Assembly: GCF_000270205.1 (NCBI RefSeq)
Contig: NC_015913.1
Coordinates: 150,001 to 182,000 of the forward strand
Origin: Candidatus Arthromitus sp. SFB-mouse-Japan
Lineage (GTDB): Bacteria > Bacillota > Clostridia > Clostridiales > Clostridiaceae
DNA length: 32,000 bases
Direction: 5' to 3'
Positions 1-6,992 of the stretch are shown one piece after another. Below the pieces are notes generated by a model. The model was not told the DNA's origin and did not search any database. It saw nothing but the letters and a program-made list of their open reading frames with translations. The translations under genes were made by a program, and so were the position numbers. Numbering within the stretch: position 1 is the stretch's first letter; each line of letters starts with the position of its first letter.

Positions 1-342
1 GGTATTGGGATTGCTCCAATAGGGCATATTGTAACCGTTGATACGGCAGAAGAAGTAGCAGTTAATATTAGTAGTGTTATTGTTTGTGATACAGGTTATA
101 CTTTTGCTAGCTTAAAATCAAAATTAATGACTGTGTTGGAGGAATATCTATTAGAAATCCGTAAGAGTTGGGCAGACCAAAATAATCATGTAGTACGTAT
201 CGCTCAGATTGAATCAAGGATATTAGCTGTAGAGGGTATAGTAGATATCACAAATACTAAGATTAACAGGGTTGAGAACAATCTTACACTAGATAAGTAT
301 CAGATACCTATTATAGGAGATATAACAAATGAGGCAAATTAG
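1..342 (+). CDS. Phage baseplate J (gp47/XkdT-like) protein, C-terminal part; gene begins upstream of the window
   Basis: Frame 1 is open from nt 1 to TAG 340-342; the track ORF 127..342 is only the Met-initiated tail. It lies directly upstream of a DUF2313/XkdU-like gene and overlaps it by 14 nt, as in PBSX-like tail modules. The family call rests mainly on synteny. Confidence 0.55.
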   Translation, partial: GIGIAPIGHIVTVDTAEEVAVNISSVIVCDTGYTFASLKSKLMTVLEEYLLEIRKSWADQNNHVVRIAQIESRILAVEGIVDITNTKINRVENNLTLDKYQIPIIGDITNEAN

Positions 343-1018
343 TCTAATAGAATGGATACCTAAATATCTACAAGAATATAGAGAACTTAAAAAAATAATG
401 GATGTTGAGAATCCTGAAATTAAGCAGTTGTATGATGAAATAGCAATCCTTATGGATAATCTATTTATACATACCTGTAACGAGGATGGCATAGCAAGAT
501 TTGAAAAACTCCTAGATATCAATCCAGATGTGGATGATACTCTAGATATACGTATAACTAGAGTATTAAGTAGATGGACGGATTCCATCCCTTACACTTA
601 TAAAGGATTACTCCGTAAACTTGATATCTTGTGTGGCGAAGGTAATTATGAGATTGAACTTGATAATAATGCTTATACTCTAAAACTAGATGTTTTATCG
701 ATGACAATAAAGCAATTACAAGAGTTAAAGTATATGTTATCATACATGATACCAGCTAATATAGCAATGGATTTAGAAGCCCGAAGGGAAGTTAATATAT
801 CTATATACACTGGCATTGGTATTAACAGGATCAAAAATTCAAAAGTTAATATAAGCCCCCACGTAGAAGACTTAATCAAGGCTTCTTTTTTTGTTGGTGC
901 GGGTGTTAAGAGATGTAAAAAAATTAAAGTGCAAATTAATCAAATAAATTATAAAGCTGTTTTAGGACGTTTTGTGTGTGGGGCAATGAAGGTAGGTGAG
1001 ATAAATGATAATACATAG
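329..1018 (+). CDS. Phage tail protein, DUF2313 / YmfQ / XkdU-like
   Basis: 229-aa ORF with SD AGGAG ~10 nt upstream; the ATG overlaps the upstream gene. The N-terminal region (LIEWIPKYLQEY, NLFIHTCNEDGIARFEKLL) matches my memory of the DUF2313 family that follows baseplate J. Confidence 0.65.
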   Translation: MRQISLIEWIPKYLQEYRELKKIMDVENPEIKQLYDEIAILMDNLFIHTCNEDGIARFEKLLDINPDVDDTLDIRITRVLSRWTDSIPYTYKGLLRKLDILCGEGNYEIELDNNAYTLKLDVLSMTIKQLQELKYMLSYMIPANIAMDLEARREVNISIYTGIGINRIKNSKVNISPHVEDLIKASFFVGAGVKRCKKIKVQINQINYKAVLGRFVCGAMKVGEINDNT

Positions 1019-1769
1019 TTTTAGATTATTAAGTGATAATCTACGCATGAGACCTAAATTATTTTTTAGGGGCAAAAATATAGAGAATTTAGACCAATTC
1101 CCACGCGGCGGCATATCTGTATCTTGGACTGGAGATCCAGAGGTAGTAGATAATGGTATAAAAACTGTACCTGGTACATATGGTATGTTTAACTATGCCA
1201 TGAGCGGCTGGCAAGAATTTACAATGTGTTACACATTTAAGATACATGCCAAGGCGGAATGGAGAGGATTTTTAAATTTAGCTTGGGGGCGCTCTACAGT
1301 AGGTATGCGGATTGAGAACGGATCTGGAGATAGAGCACGTGAAACCTATTTGTGGGGTATCAACAATGATGACAAAGCTATAGTATCAATAGTAGGTGGT
1401 CCACCTTGTTTTGTAACTGATGTTGATAAAATTTATAACTTAATTGTAGTCGTGTCAAAAACAGAGCCTGTTAAGATATACGTAAATGGTAATCAAACAC
1501 ATGAGCTTATACAACCTGATGATAAAAAAGGGTTTAACGGTAAGGGCCATGCTAATATAGACACTCATGCTTTTAATAGGCGATTATCCGCTAATAGATC
1601 TGATGATAATGTAACACATTATGCTCTACGAGTTTGGGATAAGGCTTTAACATATGATCAGATAATGCAAGAGGTGTTAGAAGATGCCAAAGATTATGGT
1701 ATTGATATTACAATACATAGATCTGTCGTAAATAAATTCCGTGTGAATGAATATAAAGTTGGGGAGTGA
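1005..1769 (+). CDS. Phage tail-associated protein with LamG/concanavalin-like jelly-roll domain (putative)
   Basis: 254-aa ORF with SD GGTAGGTGAG and a 14-nt overlap with the upstream gene. The C-terminal THYALRVWDKALTYDQIMQ resembles the terminal strand-helix of LamG-type domains (..lriYnrALsaeEi..). Confidence 0.5.
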   Translation: MIIHSFRLLSDNLRMRPKLFFRGKNIENLDQFPRGGISVSWTGDPEVVDNGIKTVPGTYGMFNYAMSGWQEFTMCYTFKIHAKAEWRGFLNLAWGRSTVGMRIENGSGDRARETYLWGINNDDKAIVSIVGGPPCFVTDVDKIYNLIVVVSKTEPVKIYVNGNQTHELIQPDDKKGFNGKGHANIDTHAFNRRLSANRSDDNVTHYALRVWDKALTYDQIMQEVLEDAKDYGIDITIHRSVVNKFRVNEYKVGE

Positions 1770-1773
1770 GAAA

Positions 1774-2619
1774 ATGAGTTATACAAAAACTGAGTGGATT
1801 GATAATGTTACTATAGTTGATGCTGCAAAACTTAATAAGATTGAGGATCAATTGGAGACTTTAGATACTCAAAAAGTGAGTAGGGATGGGAATAAAGGAC
1901 TGTCCAGTAATGATTTTACAGATGCTTATAAAACTAAGCTTGATAATTTAGAGGATACGATATCAACATCGACGGAAGATAAAGTCGACAAAGAGGATGG
2001 TAAGGGTCTCTCATCTAATGATTTTACCGACGAATATAAGGTCAAAGTTGACTCGATTGCAAATGTGACAACAGACATAACAACAATCCAATCGACACTG
2101 GACACTAAAGTTGATAAAGACGGCAATAAGGTTTTATCCGATAATAATTTTACTAATGAGTTAAAGCAAAAAGTAGAGAGTATAGATGCTTTAAATACTA
2201 CTTTAGATACTAAGGTAGATAAAGTTAACGGTAAAAGTTTATCATCTAATGATTTTACAACTGAGTATAAAAATAAGGTTGACTTAATAGATGGAATACA
2301 AACAAAGGTTGATAGACTAGAGAGAGCATCCGATGTAATAGAGATAACAGCGGTTGATGGTAATATTACGCTGGAGACTAATAAAATATATAGGACTAGT
2401 ATTAGTAGTGATACTGCTTTTGTATTACCTACTATAGATGATAGTACATTCCATCAGATTTTAGTACAAGCTGATGTATCAGATGGAGTTAATATTGATT
2501 TTGGTACTGAGTACTATTTTGGTAGTGGGTATCAAGGAGATGCGGGTAAGTATAATTTTATTTTTGAGCATAACGGCAGTGATTGGGTATATGGTGCTCT
2601 ATACACAGGAGGTCAATAG
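1774..2619 (+). CDS. Tail fibre protein with four phage-tail-repeat-like (SSNDFT) repeats
   Basis: The track ORF starts at 1747, but ATG 1774 follows SD GGGGAG (1761-1766) and the upstream stop (1767-1769). There are four ~30-aa repeats of G(N/K)KxLSSNDFTxxYKxKVD, each preceded by TKVDK. Confidence 0.75.
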   Translation: MSYTKTEWIDNVTIVDAAKLNKIEDQLETLDTQKVSRDGNKGLSSNDFTDAYKTKLDNLEDTISTSTEDKVDKEDGKGLSSNDFTDEYKVKVDSIANVTTDITTIQSTLDTKVDKDGNKVLSDNNFTNELKQKVESIDALNTTLDTKVDKVNGKSLSSNDFTTEYKNKVDLIDGIQTKVDRLERASDVIEITAVDGNITLETNKIYRTSISSDTAFVLPTIDDSTFHQILVQADVSDGVNIDFGTEYYFGSGYQGDAGKYNFIFEHNGSDWVYGALYTGGQ

Positions 2620-4328
2620 TGCAAAATAAGAACTTATTTTTTGAGTATGTGGTATTGACTACTAAGAGTTACGAGTTTGTAAGTCACGTGGTAGCAGGTA
2701 AACAAATGAGATTTACTAAAGCTCAAATAGGTGATGGTGAGGTAATAGATCCAGATAATCTTGCTAATTTGGATGAGCTTATTAACTACAAAAGCGATGC
2801 TGATATAGTAGGTGTACGAGGTGATGGTAAGCAAGCAATTATAGATATTAATATAAATACCGATCATGTAACGGATGCTTTTAAGTTCCGTGAAGTCGGT
2901 ATTTTTGCTGAAATTGATGGAGAGGAAATACTTTATGCTTATCTTAATGCCGGTGATAAATTTGATTACTTAACACCGAATGAAGGAGGTCAAACATTTA
3001 GCCAAACCATACAATTTGTAGTTGCGGTAGGAAATGCTGCAAATGTTGAGATTGTATTTAGCAAGGTAGATATACCTGATGCATCTATAAGATTATCAAT
3101 GCTATCAGACGAGATTATGGATTATATTAATGGAATACAATCTGATATAAGCGAGCACATAACAAATGATATTTTAGGTTCCGGAGTTCATGGGTTAAAG
3201 TTTGATGAGACCCAAGCTAAGTTAAAATACAATAAAAATGGAGCGTGGATAGATATACCAACAGGGCAGGCCGCAGAATCCGAGATTAACAATCATAAAC
3301 TTTTGTCAATCCTTAATGATAGTGGAGTACATGATTTTAGATATGTGGTAGACCGTAAAAAACTCCAATATAAGACTGATACAGGCTGGGCTGATATGGA
3401 GATCGAGGGGACTGGTGATATATCGGTCACCGGATTGACAGCTGACACCTTAAGAGCAGGGGTAACAGTTGTCATAACAAGAGGTGATCAAGAGATTGAT
3501 AGGATTGTTGGATCTTATACAGCTGATGCGACAGCAACGAGCGATGATATTATGCCAGGTAAAACCGCTTATGCTAATGGACAAAAAATTACTGGATCGA
3601 TGATTGCAAATACAGGAGATATACAGTTAAGCAATCCATCTATTGTAAATGATCGGCTTAAGAGTCCTACCATCCCAGATGGTTTATATAAAAACGCTAC
3701 AGTATCTTTTGGACACAATCTTTATCCTGAGTCTATAAAGGCTGGAACTAATATTTATGGGGTTAGTGGTACATATACAAATGATGCTAATGCTACAAGT
3801 GCTGATATATTATCGGGTAAAACTGCTTATGCAAGAGGCAGCAAAATAACAGGTAATATTAGTACTTACTCAGGTGATAGGAGTATATCCGCTCCGACAA
3901 TAAGTGGGAATAATTTGATTACTCCGACAATTAGTAACGGGTATTATAATAATGCTAGATTATCTTTTCCAAAAGGTAATCTATCGCCCGAGAATATCAA
4001 AAAAGGAGTTAATATATTTGGTGTCACTGGCTCAATGGATTCAGGGCGTGTTCTCGGTGCATTGTGGGCAAATTTCTGGAATTCTGGAGGGGGTAAAGAC
4101 ACGGTTGTATGGGATAGTAATTATCTAACAAAGAGGAGTGATTTAACTTTAAGTTTAGCACAATCAGCTAATATTGTATTTAAAAAATCTATTTATACAA
4201 CCGAAAACTCAATGTTCAGTTTCAATTATAATGATGGATATTATAATGCAAGTCAGCAATTTACTATGACGATAAATACTAGCTCTACAGGACAAATAAA
4301 AGTTTGTATTGTTATATTATTAGCTTAA
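2619..4328 (+). CDS. Tail fibre protein with tail-collar-type N-terminal domain (DUF3751-like)
   Basis: GTG 2619 overlaps the upstream stop (TAGTG) and follows SD GGAGG (2608-2612); the track's ATG 2583 lies inside the upstream gene. The N-terminus FEYVVLTTKSYEFVSHVVAGKQMRFTKAQIGDGEV looks tail-collar-fibre-like. Duplicated modules are present: TADATATSDDIMPGKTAYANGQKITG and TNDANATSADILSGKTAYARGSKITG. Confidence 0.75.
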   Translation: MQNKNLFFEYVVLTTKSYEFVSHVVAGKQMRFTKAQIGDGEVIDPDNLANLDELINYKSDADIVGVRGDGKQAIIDININTDHVTDAFKFREVGIFAEIDGEEILYAYLNAGDKFDYLTPNEGGQTFSQTIQFVVAVGNAANVEIVFSKVDIPDASIRLSMLSDEIMDYINGIQSDISEHITNDILGSGVHGLKFDETQAKLKYNKNGAWIDIPTGQAAESEINNHKLLSILNDSGVHDFRYVVDRKKLQYKTDTGWADMEIEGTGDISVTGLTADTLRAGVTVVITRGDQEIDRIVGSYTADATATSDDIMPGKTAYANGQKITGSMIANTGDIQLSNPSIVNDRLKSPTIPDGLYKNATVSFGHNLYPESIKAGTNIYGVSGTYTNDANATSADILSGKTAYARGSKITGNISTYSGDRSISAPTISGNNLITPTISNGYYNNARLSFPKGNLSPENIKKGVNIFGVTGSMDSGRVLGALWANFWNSGGGKDTVVWDSNYLTKRSDLTLSLAQSANIVFKKSIYTTENSMFSFNYNDGYYNASQQFTMTINTSSTGQIKVCIVILLA

Positions 4329-4357
4329 ATTGCAGCTAATTTTTATTATATATGGCG

Positions 4358-4403
4358 AATCCTCTTATTATGCGTTTAATAGGCATTTTAAGAGGATTTT
4401 TAT
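4358..4403 (+). terminator. Putative intrinsic terminator after the tail-fibre operon
   Basis: AATCCTCTTA (4358-4367) pairs with TAAGAGGATT (4389-4398), with partly self-paired sequence between, and is followed by TTTTTA. Confidence 0.45.
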
Positions 4404-4521
4404 TGCAGTAGTGTTATTACATTAAAATATTAAAACAATAGGATTACAGGTTAAATGGTGAGGTGTTTTTTTCGGAGATTAAACAAAACAATAGAAAATT
4501 ATGTAAATGAGGGGAGAACAA

Positions 4522-4953
4522 ATGAAGAATAATGGGATTGTAAAAATTGGATTACTAATTTTAATATTAGTTTTTGCGATAGGGTTAAGTCTTTGGATTG
4601 GAATAGATTTTGCGATAAGGACATTAATACTTGTTATGTGTGTTGATTATGTTTTGGGGTTATCTCTTGCGATAAGCGATAAATCTAAGCATGGTGACGG
4701 AGGGTTATCAAGTCATATAGGGTATAAGGGACTAGTTAAAAAGATTAATATGTTATTACTTGTTGGGGTTGCCGTGATAGTTGAAAACTTTTTAATAGGT
4801 ATGGGACTGCGTGTTAAGTATATAAAAGATATCATTGTTATAGCTTTTGTACTTAACGAGATTATATCGATCCTAGAAAATAGTAAGCTAATGGGATTGG
4901 ACATAACCCATATGGTATCTCAGGCTTTAAAGATATTTAAAAATAAAAAATAA
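4522..4953 (+). CDS. Phage holin (phage_holin_4 / LL-H-TcdE-like family)
   Basis: ATG 4522 (MKNNGIV) lies a few nt after SD GAGGGGAG; the track start 4507 is less likely. The protein has several hydrophobic helices and the motifs VMCVDYVLGL, GLSSHIGYKGLVKKI and LNEIISILEN. It lies immediately upstream of the endolysin. Confidence 0.75.
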   Translation: MKNNGIVKIGLLILILVFAIGLSLWIGIDFAIRTLILVMCVDYVLGLSLAISDKSKHGDGGLSSHIGYKGLVKKINMLLLVGVAVIVENFLIGMGLRVKYIKDIIVIAFVLNEIISILENSKLMGLDITHMVSQALKIFKNKK

Positions 4954-4990
4954 CCTCTTTTCTCAGGTTTGAAGAAAGGAGGTTATTTTT
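4951..4990 (+). terminator. Terminator-like hairpin between holin and endolysin
   Basis: TAACCTCTTTTC (4951-4962) pairs with GAAAGGAGGTTA (4974-4985), giving 12 bp with one G-U, an 11-nt loop, then T5 (4986-4990). The 3' arm contains AAGGAGG. Confidence 0.5.
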
Positions 4991-5101
4991 ATGCAAATTA
5001 AAAAGCTTAGTAATTGTTTTAAAGCTACTTCAACAATTACTAAAGTTAATAAAAGAAATACTACTTTGATTATATCACTTTCGGAGGTATTTTACAAATG
5101 A
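4991..5101 (+). CDS. Hypothetical 36-aa basic peptide (MQIKKLSNCFKATSTITKVNKRNTTLIISLSEVFYK), not in the ORF track
   Basis: ATG lies 8 nt after a perfect SD AAGGAGG (4976-4982). The stop TGA 5099-5101 overlaps the endolysin ATG 5098 (ATGA). There is no homology evidence and the SD is buried in the hairpin. Confidence 0.25.
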   Translation: MQIKKLSNCFKATSTITKVNKRNTTLIISLSEVFYK

Positions 5102-5748
5102 AAATCAATGAGAAACTAGTAAAGTATAATTTTTCGAGTCGTAAAGGAGAAAAAATAAAATACATAACAGTTCATGATACAGGTAATCCAGATAGAGGTG
5201 CCGATGCTGAGGCACATTTTAAATTACATGATAGAGCAGATAGAGGAGCATCAGAACATTATTTTGTTGATGATAAACAGATATTAAGGATTATAAGAGA
5301 TGAGGATAAAAGTTGGCACTGTGGAGATGGAAAAGGAAAGTATGGCATAACAAATGAAAATAGTATTGGAATTGAAATGTGTATCAATAGCGATGGAGAT
5401 TTTGATAAAACCTATAAAAACACACTAGATTTAGTTAAACATCTAATGGGTAAATATAATATATCAATTGATAAAGTAGTTAGGCATTATGATGCTAGTA
5501 GGAAGAGTTGTCCTGATACTTGGTCTGAAAACAATTGGGATGGGTGGGATAAATTTAAAAGTGATTTACAAGTTAAAAAAGATTACACACCATCCATAAC
5601 ATTATTGTATAAAAATGTTTTACAAAGAGAGCCAGATGATGAAGGCTTAAAATATTGGAATGAGCAATTGAATACTGGACTTAGTTTTGGAGATTTACTT
5701 AAAAGATGGGGCGAGAGCGAGGAGTTTAGAGAAAAGTATGCTATATAA
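5098..5748 (+). CDS. Endolysin: N-acetylmuramoyl-L-alanine amidase (Amidase_2/PGRP fold) with C-terminal DUF4214-like domain
   Basis: 216 aa with SD GGAGG 10 nt upstream. Amidase_2 motifs are present: ITVHDTGNP, HYFVDD, SWHCGD, SIGIEMC, VVRHYDASRKSCP. The C-terminal ITLLYKNVLQREPDDEGLKYWNEQLNTGLSFGDLLKRWGESEEF fits the DUF4214 consensus. Confidence 0.9.
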   Translation: MKINEKLVKYNFSSRKGEKIKYITVHDTGNPDRGADAEAHFKLHDRADRGASEHYFVDDKQILRIIRDEDKSWHCGDGKGKYGITNENSIGIEMCINSDGDFDKTYKNTLDLVKHLMGKYNISIDKVVRHYDASRKSCPDTWSENNWDGWDKFKSDLQVKKDYTPSITLLYKNVLQREPDDEGLKYWNEQLNTGLSFGDLLKRWGESEEFREKYAI

Positions 5749-5765
5749 TTATATAGCATACTTTT
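5732..5765. terminator. Bidirectional terminator between convergent endolysin and DUF4160 genes
   Basis: Perfect 34-nt palindrome AAAAGTATGCTATATAATTATATAGCATACTTTT (15-bp stem, 4-nt loop). It includes the endolysin stop codon, and the A/T runs at the stem ends give U-tails in either direction. Confidence 0.55.
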
Positions 5766-5794
5766 ATTTAACATATTTTTATGCCTCTTTTTAG

Positions 5795-6043
5795 TTATTC
5801 TAAAGGTGGAAGTTTTTTTAATGTTTTAGAATCCCACATTTCCATCAGGTCAGTTTTATATTTTTCCGCCCACTCTTTTACAAGTGATTGAGCTATGTCT
5901 GTTAAATCACCTTCCACCATTTCGAGTGTGTCAATTTTAAAAATACCTAATGTATCGTCATATAAAGCTTGGAAGTGAGGAGGGTTATAGCCAGTGAAAA
6001 ATATTTTAACAGTAATGCCATAAAATTTGGTAATTTCTCCCAT
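5795..6043 (-). CDS. DUF4160 domain protein
   Basis: 82 aa. FYGITVKIFFTGYNPPHFQALYDD fits the DUF4160 pattern (PPHfHa.Y). It lies 5 nt downstream of the HTH gene on the same strand. Confidence 0.75.
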   Translation of the reverse strand: MGEITKFYGITVKIFFTGYNPPHFQALYDDTLGIFKIDTLEMVEGDLTDIAQSLVKEWAEKYKTDLMEMWDSKTLKKLPPLE

Positions 6044-6048
6044 TTAAT

Positions 6049-6291
6049 TCACCTCGATTTAGTTGGTTTTGTTGTTTCAAGAGGAACTATTGCAATTGTT
6101 TTCCCTAAGGGTTTTAGTAATTTTAAAATAGTGTTAAGTTGTGGTATATTTGTTCCTTTTTCCATCCTCGCTATAATTGGTTGTTTTATGTTGCTTAACT
6201 CTTCAAGTTGTTTCTGTGTGAGTCCATTTTCCTGTCTAAGTTTTATTATTTCGGATACAATTTCTTTTATCTTTTCTTCAATCATTAGCAA
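6049..6291 (-). CDS. XRE/Cro-family helix-turn-helix protein
   Basis: 80 aa. LTQKQLEELSNIKQPIIARMEKGTNIPQLNTILKLLKPLG is a canonical XRE HTH. There is a 1-nt gap from the upstream DUF2442 gene. Confidence 0.8.
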   Translation of the reverse strand: MLMIEEKIKEIVSEIIKLRQENGLTQKQLEELSNIKQPIIARMEKGTNIPQLNTILKLLKPLGKTIAIVPLETTKPTKSR

Positions 6292-6292
6292 G

Positions 6293-6550
6293 TTATTTTA
6301 ATATTCCATTTTCCCAGAGTTCGTATTCTGAAATATCTATATTTTCATTCCGGGATATTCCGATACCGCCAGAATCAACACATACATTTTTAAATAGCGA
6401 TGGATTATCTTGTATAGGTTTAAACATTTGAGGTAGCTTTTCAAAAAGGTTTTTTACGTCATAAATTTTTTCAATATCATTTGTAAAAGTGACAGACAGA
6501 ATAAAGTTTTCAAGAGGTTCTACATTTTTAATTTTAATTGATAAATTCAT
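6293..6550 (-). CDS. DUF2442 domain protein
   Basis: 85 aa with SD AGGGTGGA upstream of ATG 6550. IKNVEPLENFILSVTFTNDIEKIYDV and the C-terminal ISEYELWENG fit the small DUF2442 domain, which commonly partners DUF4160. Confidence 0.7.
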   Translation of the reverse strand: MNLSIKIKNVEPLENFILSVTFTNDIEKIYDVKNLFEKLPQMFKPIQDNPSLFKNVCVDSGGIGISRNENIDISEYELWENGILK

Positions 6551-6590
6551 AGTATTTCCACCCTTAAATTTTTATTTAAGCTTTCCACCA

Positions 6591-6695
6591 TTATCTTAAT
6601 GGTGGAAGCTTTTTTAATATTTTGGTATTCCACATTTCCATGATATCGCTGTTATATTTTTTAGCCCACTGCTTTAAAAATTTTACAGCATACAT
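6591..6695 (-). pseudogene. 5'-truncated second copy of the DUF4160 gene (last ~30 codons)
   Basis: The minus-strand translation MYAVKFLKQWAKKYNSDIMEMWNTKILKKLPPLR* aligns with the C-terminus of the intact copy (SLVKEWAEKYKTDLMEMWDSKTLKKLPPLE*). Homology stops near 6690. Confidence 0.7.
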
Positions 6696-6955
6696 GGGAA
6701 CAAGATAACTGGTCAAAGTGGGATAATTTTAAAGAGGATTTAATGAGATTAGATACGGAAAATCATAAGGATTACATATCATCTATAACATTACTCTATA
6801 AAAATGTTTTTCAAAGAGAGCCTGATAATGAAGGTTTGACTTATTGGAATGATCAATTAAATACAGGATTGAGTTTTGGTGATATGTTGAAACAATGGGG
6901 AGAAAGTGAAGAGTTTAGGGAAAAATATATAATTATTAGAAGGTATACCTTTTAG
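6692..6955 (+). pseudogene. 5'-truncated second copy of the endolysin 3' end (linker plus DUF4214-like domain)
   Basis: TWEQDNWSKWDNFKEDL...ITLLYKNVFQREPDNEGLTYWNDQLNTGLSFGDMLKQWGESEEFREKY aligns with endolysin residues TWSENNWDGWDKFKSDL...EKY. By eye the nucleotide identity is about four-fifths. There is no catalytic domain; the track ORF 6743..6955 is the Met-initiated part. Confidence 0.8.
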
Positions 6956-6976
6956 AGGTATACCTTTTTTATTTTT
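6941..6976 (+). terminator. Intrinsic terminator after the endolysin fragment
   Basis: The self-complementary 10-mer AGGTATACCT occurs twice (6941-6950, 6956-6965), giving a 10-bp stem with a 5-nt loop, followed by TTTTT-A-TTTTT. Confidence 0.6.
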
Positions 6977-6992
6977 GTAAGCAATTCTTACG
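6967..6992. repeat. Perfect 11-bp inverted repeat near the prophage-host boundary
   Basis: GTAAGCAATTC (6967-6977), loop TTAC, GAATTGCTTAC (6982-6992). There is no T-run after it. Confidence 0.5.

Larger units (their letters stand above)
1..6960 (+). mobile_element. Right-hand end of a contractile-tail (PBSX/myovirus-like) prophage: baseplate and tail-fibre genes, lysis cassette, accessory cassette and recombination scar
   Basis: Same-strand baseplate J, DUF2313, tail-fibre, holin and amidase genes are contiguous, with overlapping or few-nt junctions. Hand-counted G+C of sampled 60-nt lines is ~42-47% in tail and endolysin genes versus ~22-30% in host genes to the right. The last phage-related sequence (endolysin 3' fragment) ends at 6955 and is followed by terminators. 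The left end is outside the window and attR cannot be located. Confidence 0.8.

Noticed and set aside
289-588. 99-aa antisense ORF overlapping the baseplate J and DUF2313 genes (likewise 558..743, 673..879, 1926..2126, 2634..2867, 3293..3475, 4713..4904 and 5583..5774)
   Set aside because: These are shadow ORFs on the strand opposite well-supported phage genes. They have low-complexity I/L/S-rich translations and no SD.
1860-2300. Periodic DNA repeats in the tail-fibre gene as a possible CRISPR or tandem-repeat array
   Set aside because: The repeats are in-frame, imperfect and code for the SSNDFT protein repeat. There are no spacer-like unique units and no non-coding context.
2583-2618. Track start ATG 2583 for the second tail fibre, and 1747, 4507, 14110, 14207 and 28436 for other genes
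   Set aside because: These starts lie inside the upstream gene or abut or lack an SD. Downstream in-frame starts with proper SD spacing were preferred.
5969-6301. 110-aa plus-strand ORF across the DUF4160 and HTH genes
   Set aside because: It is antisense to two small genes with clear family motifs and tight operon spacing, and its translation is hydrophobic low-complexity sequence.
6743-6955. 70-aa ORF as an independent gene
   Set aside because: Similarity to the endolysin continues upstream of its Met to ~6692 in the same frame, and there is no SD. It is the tail of a truncated endolysin copy.
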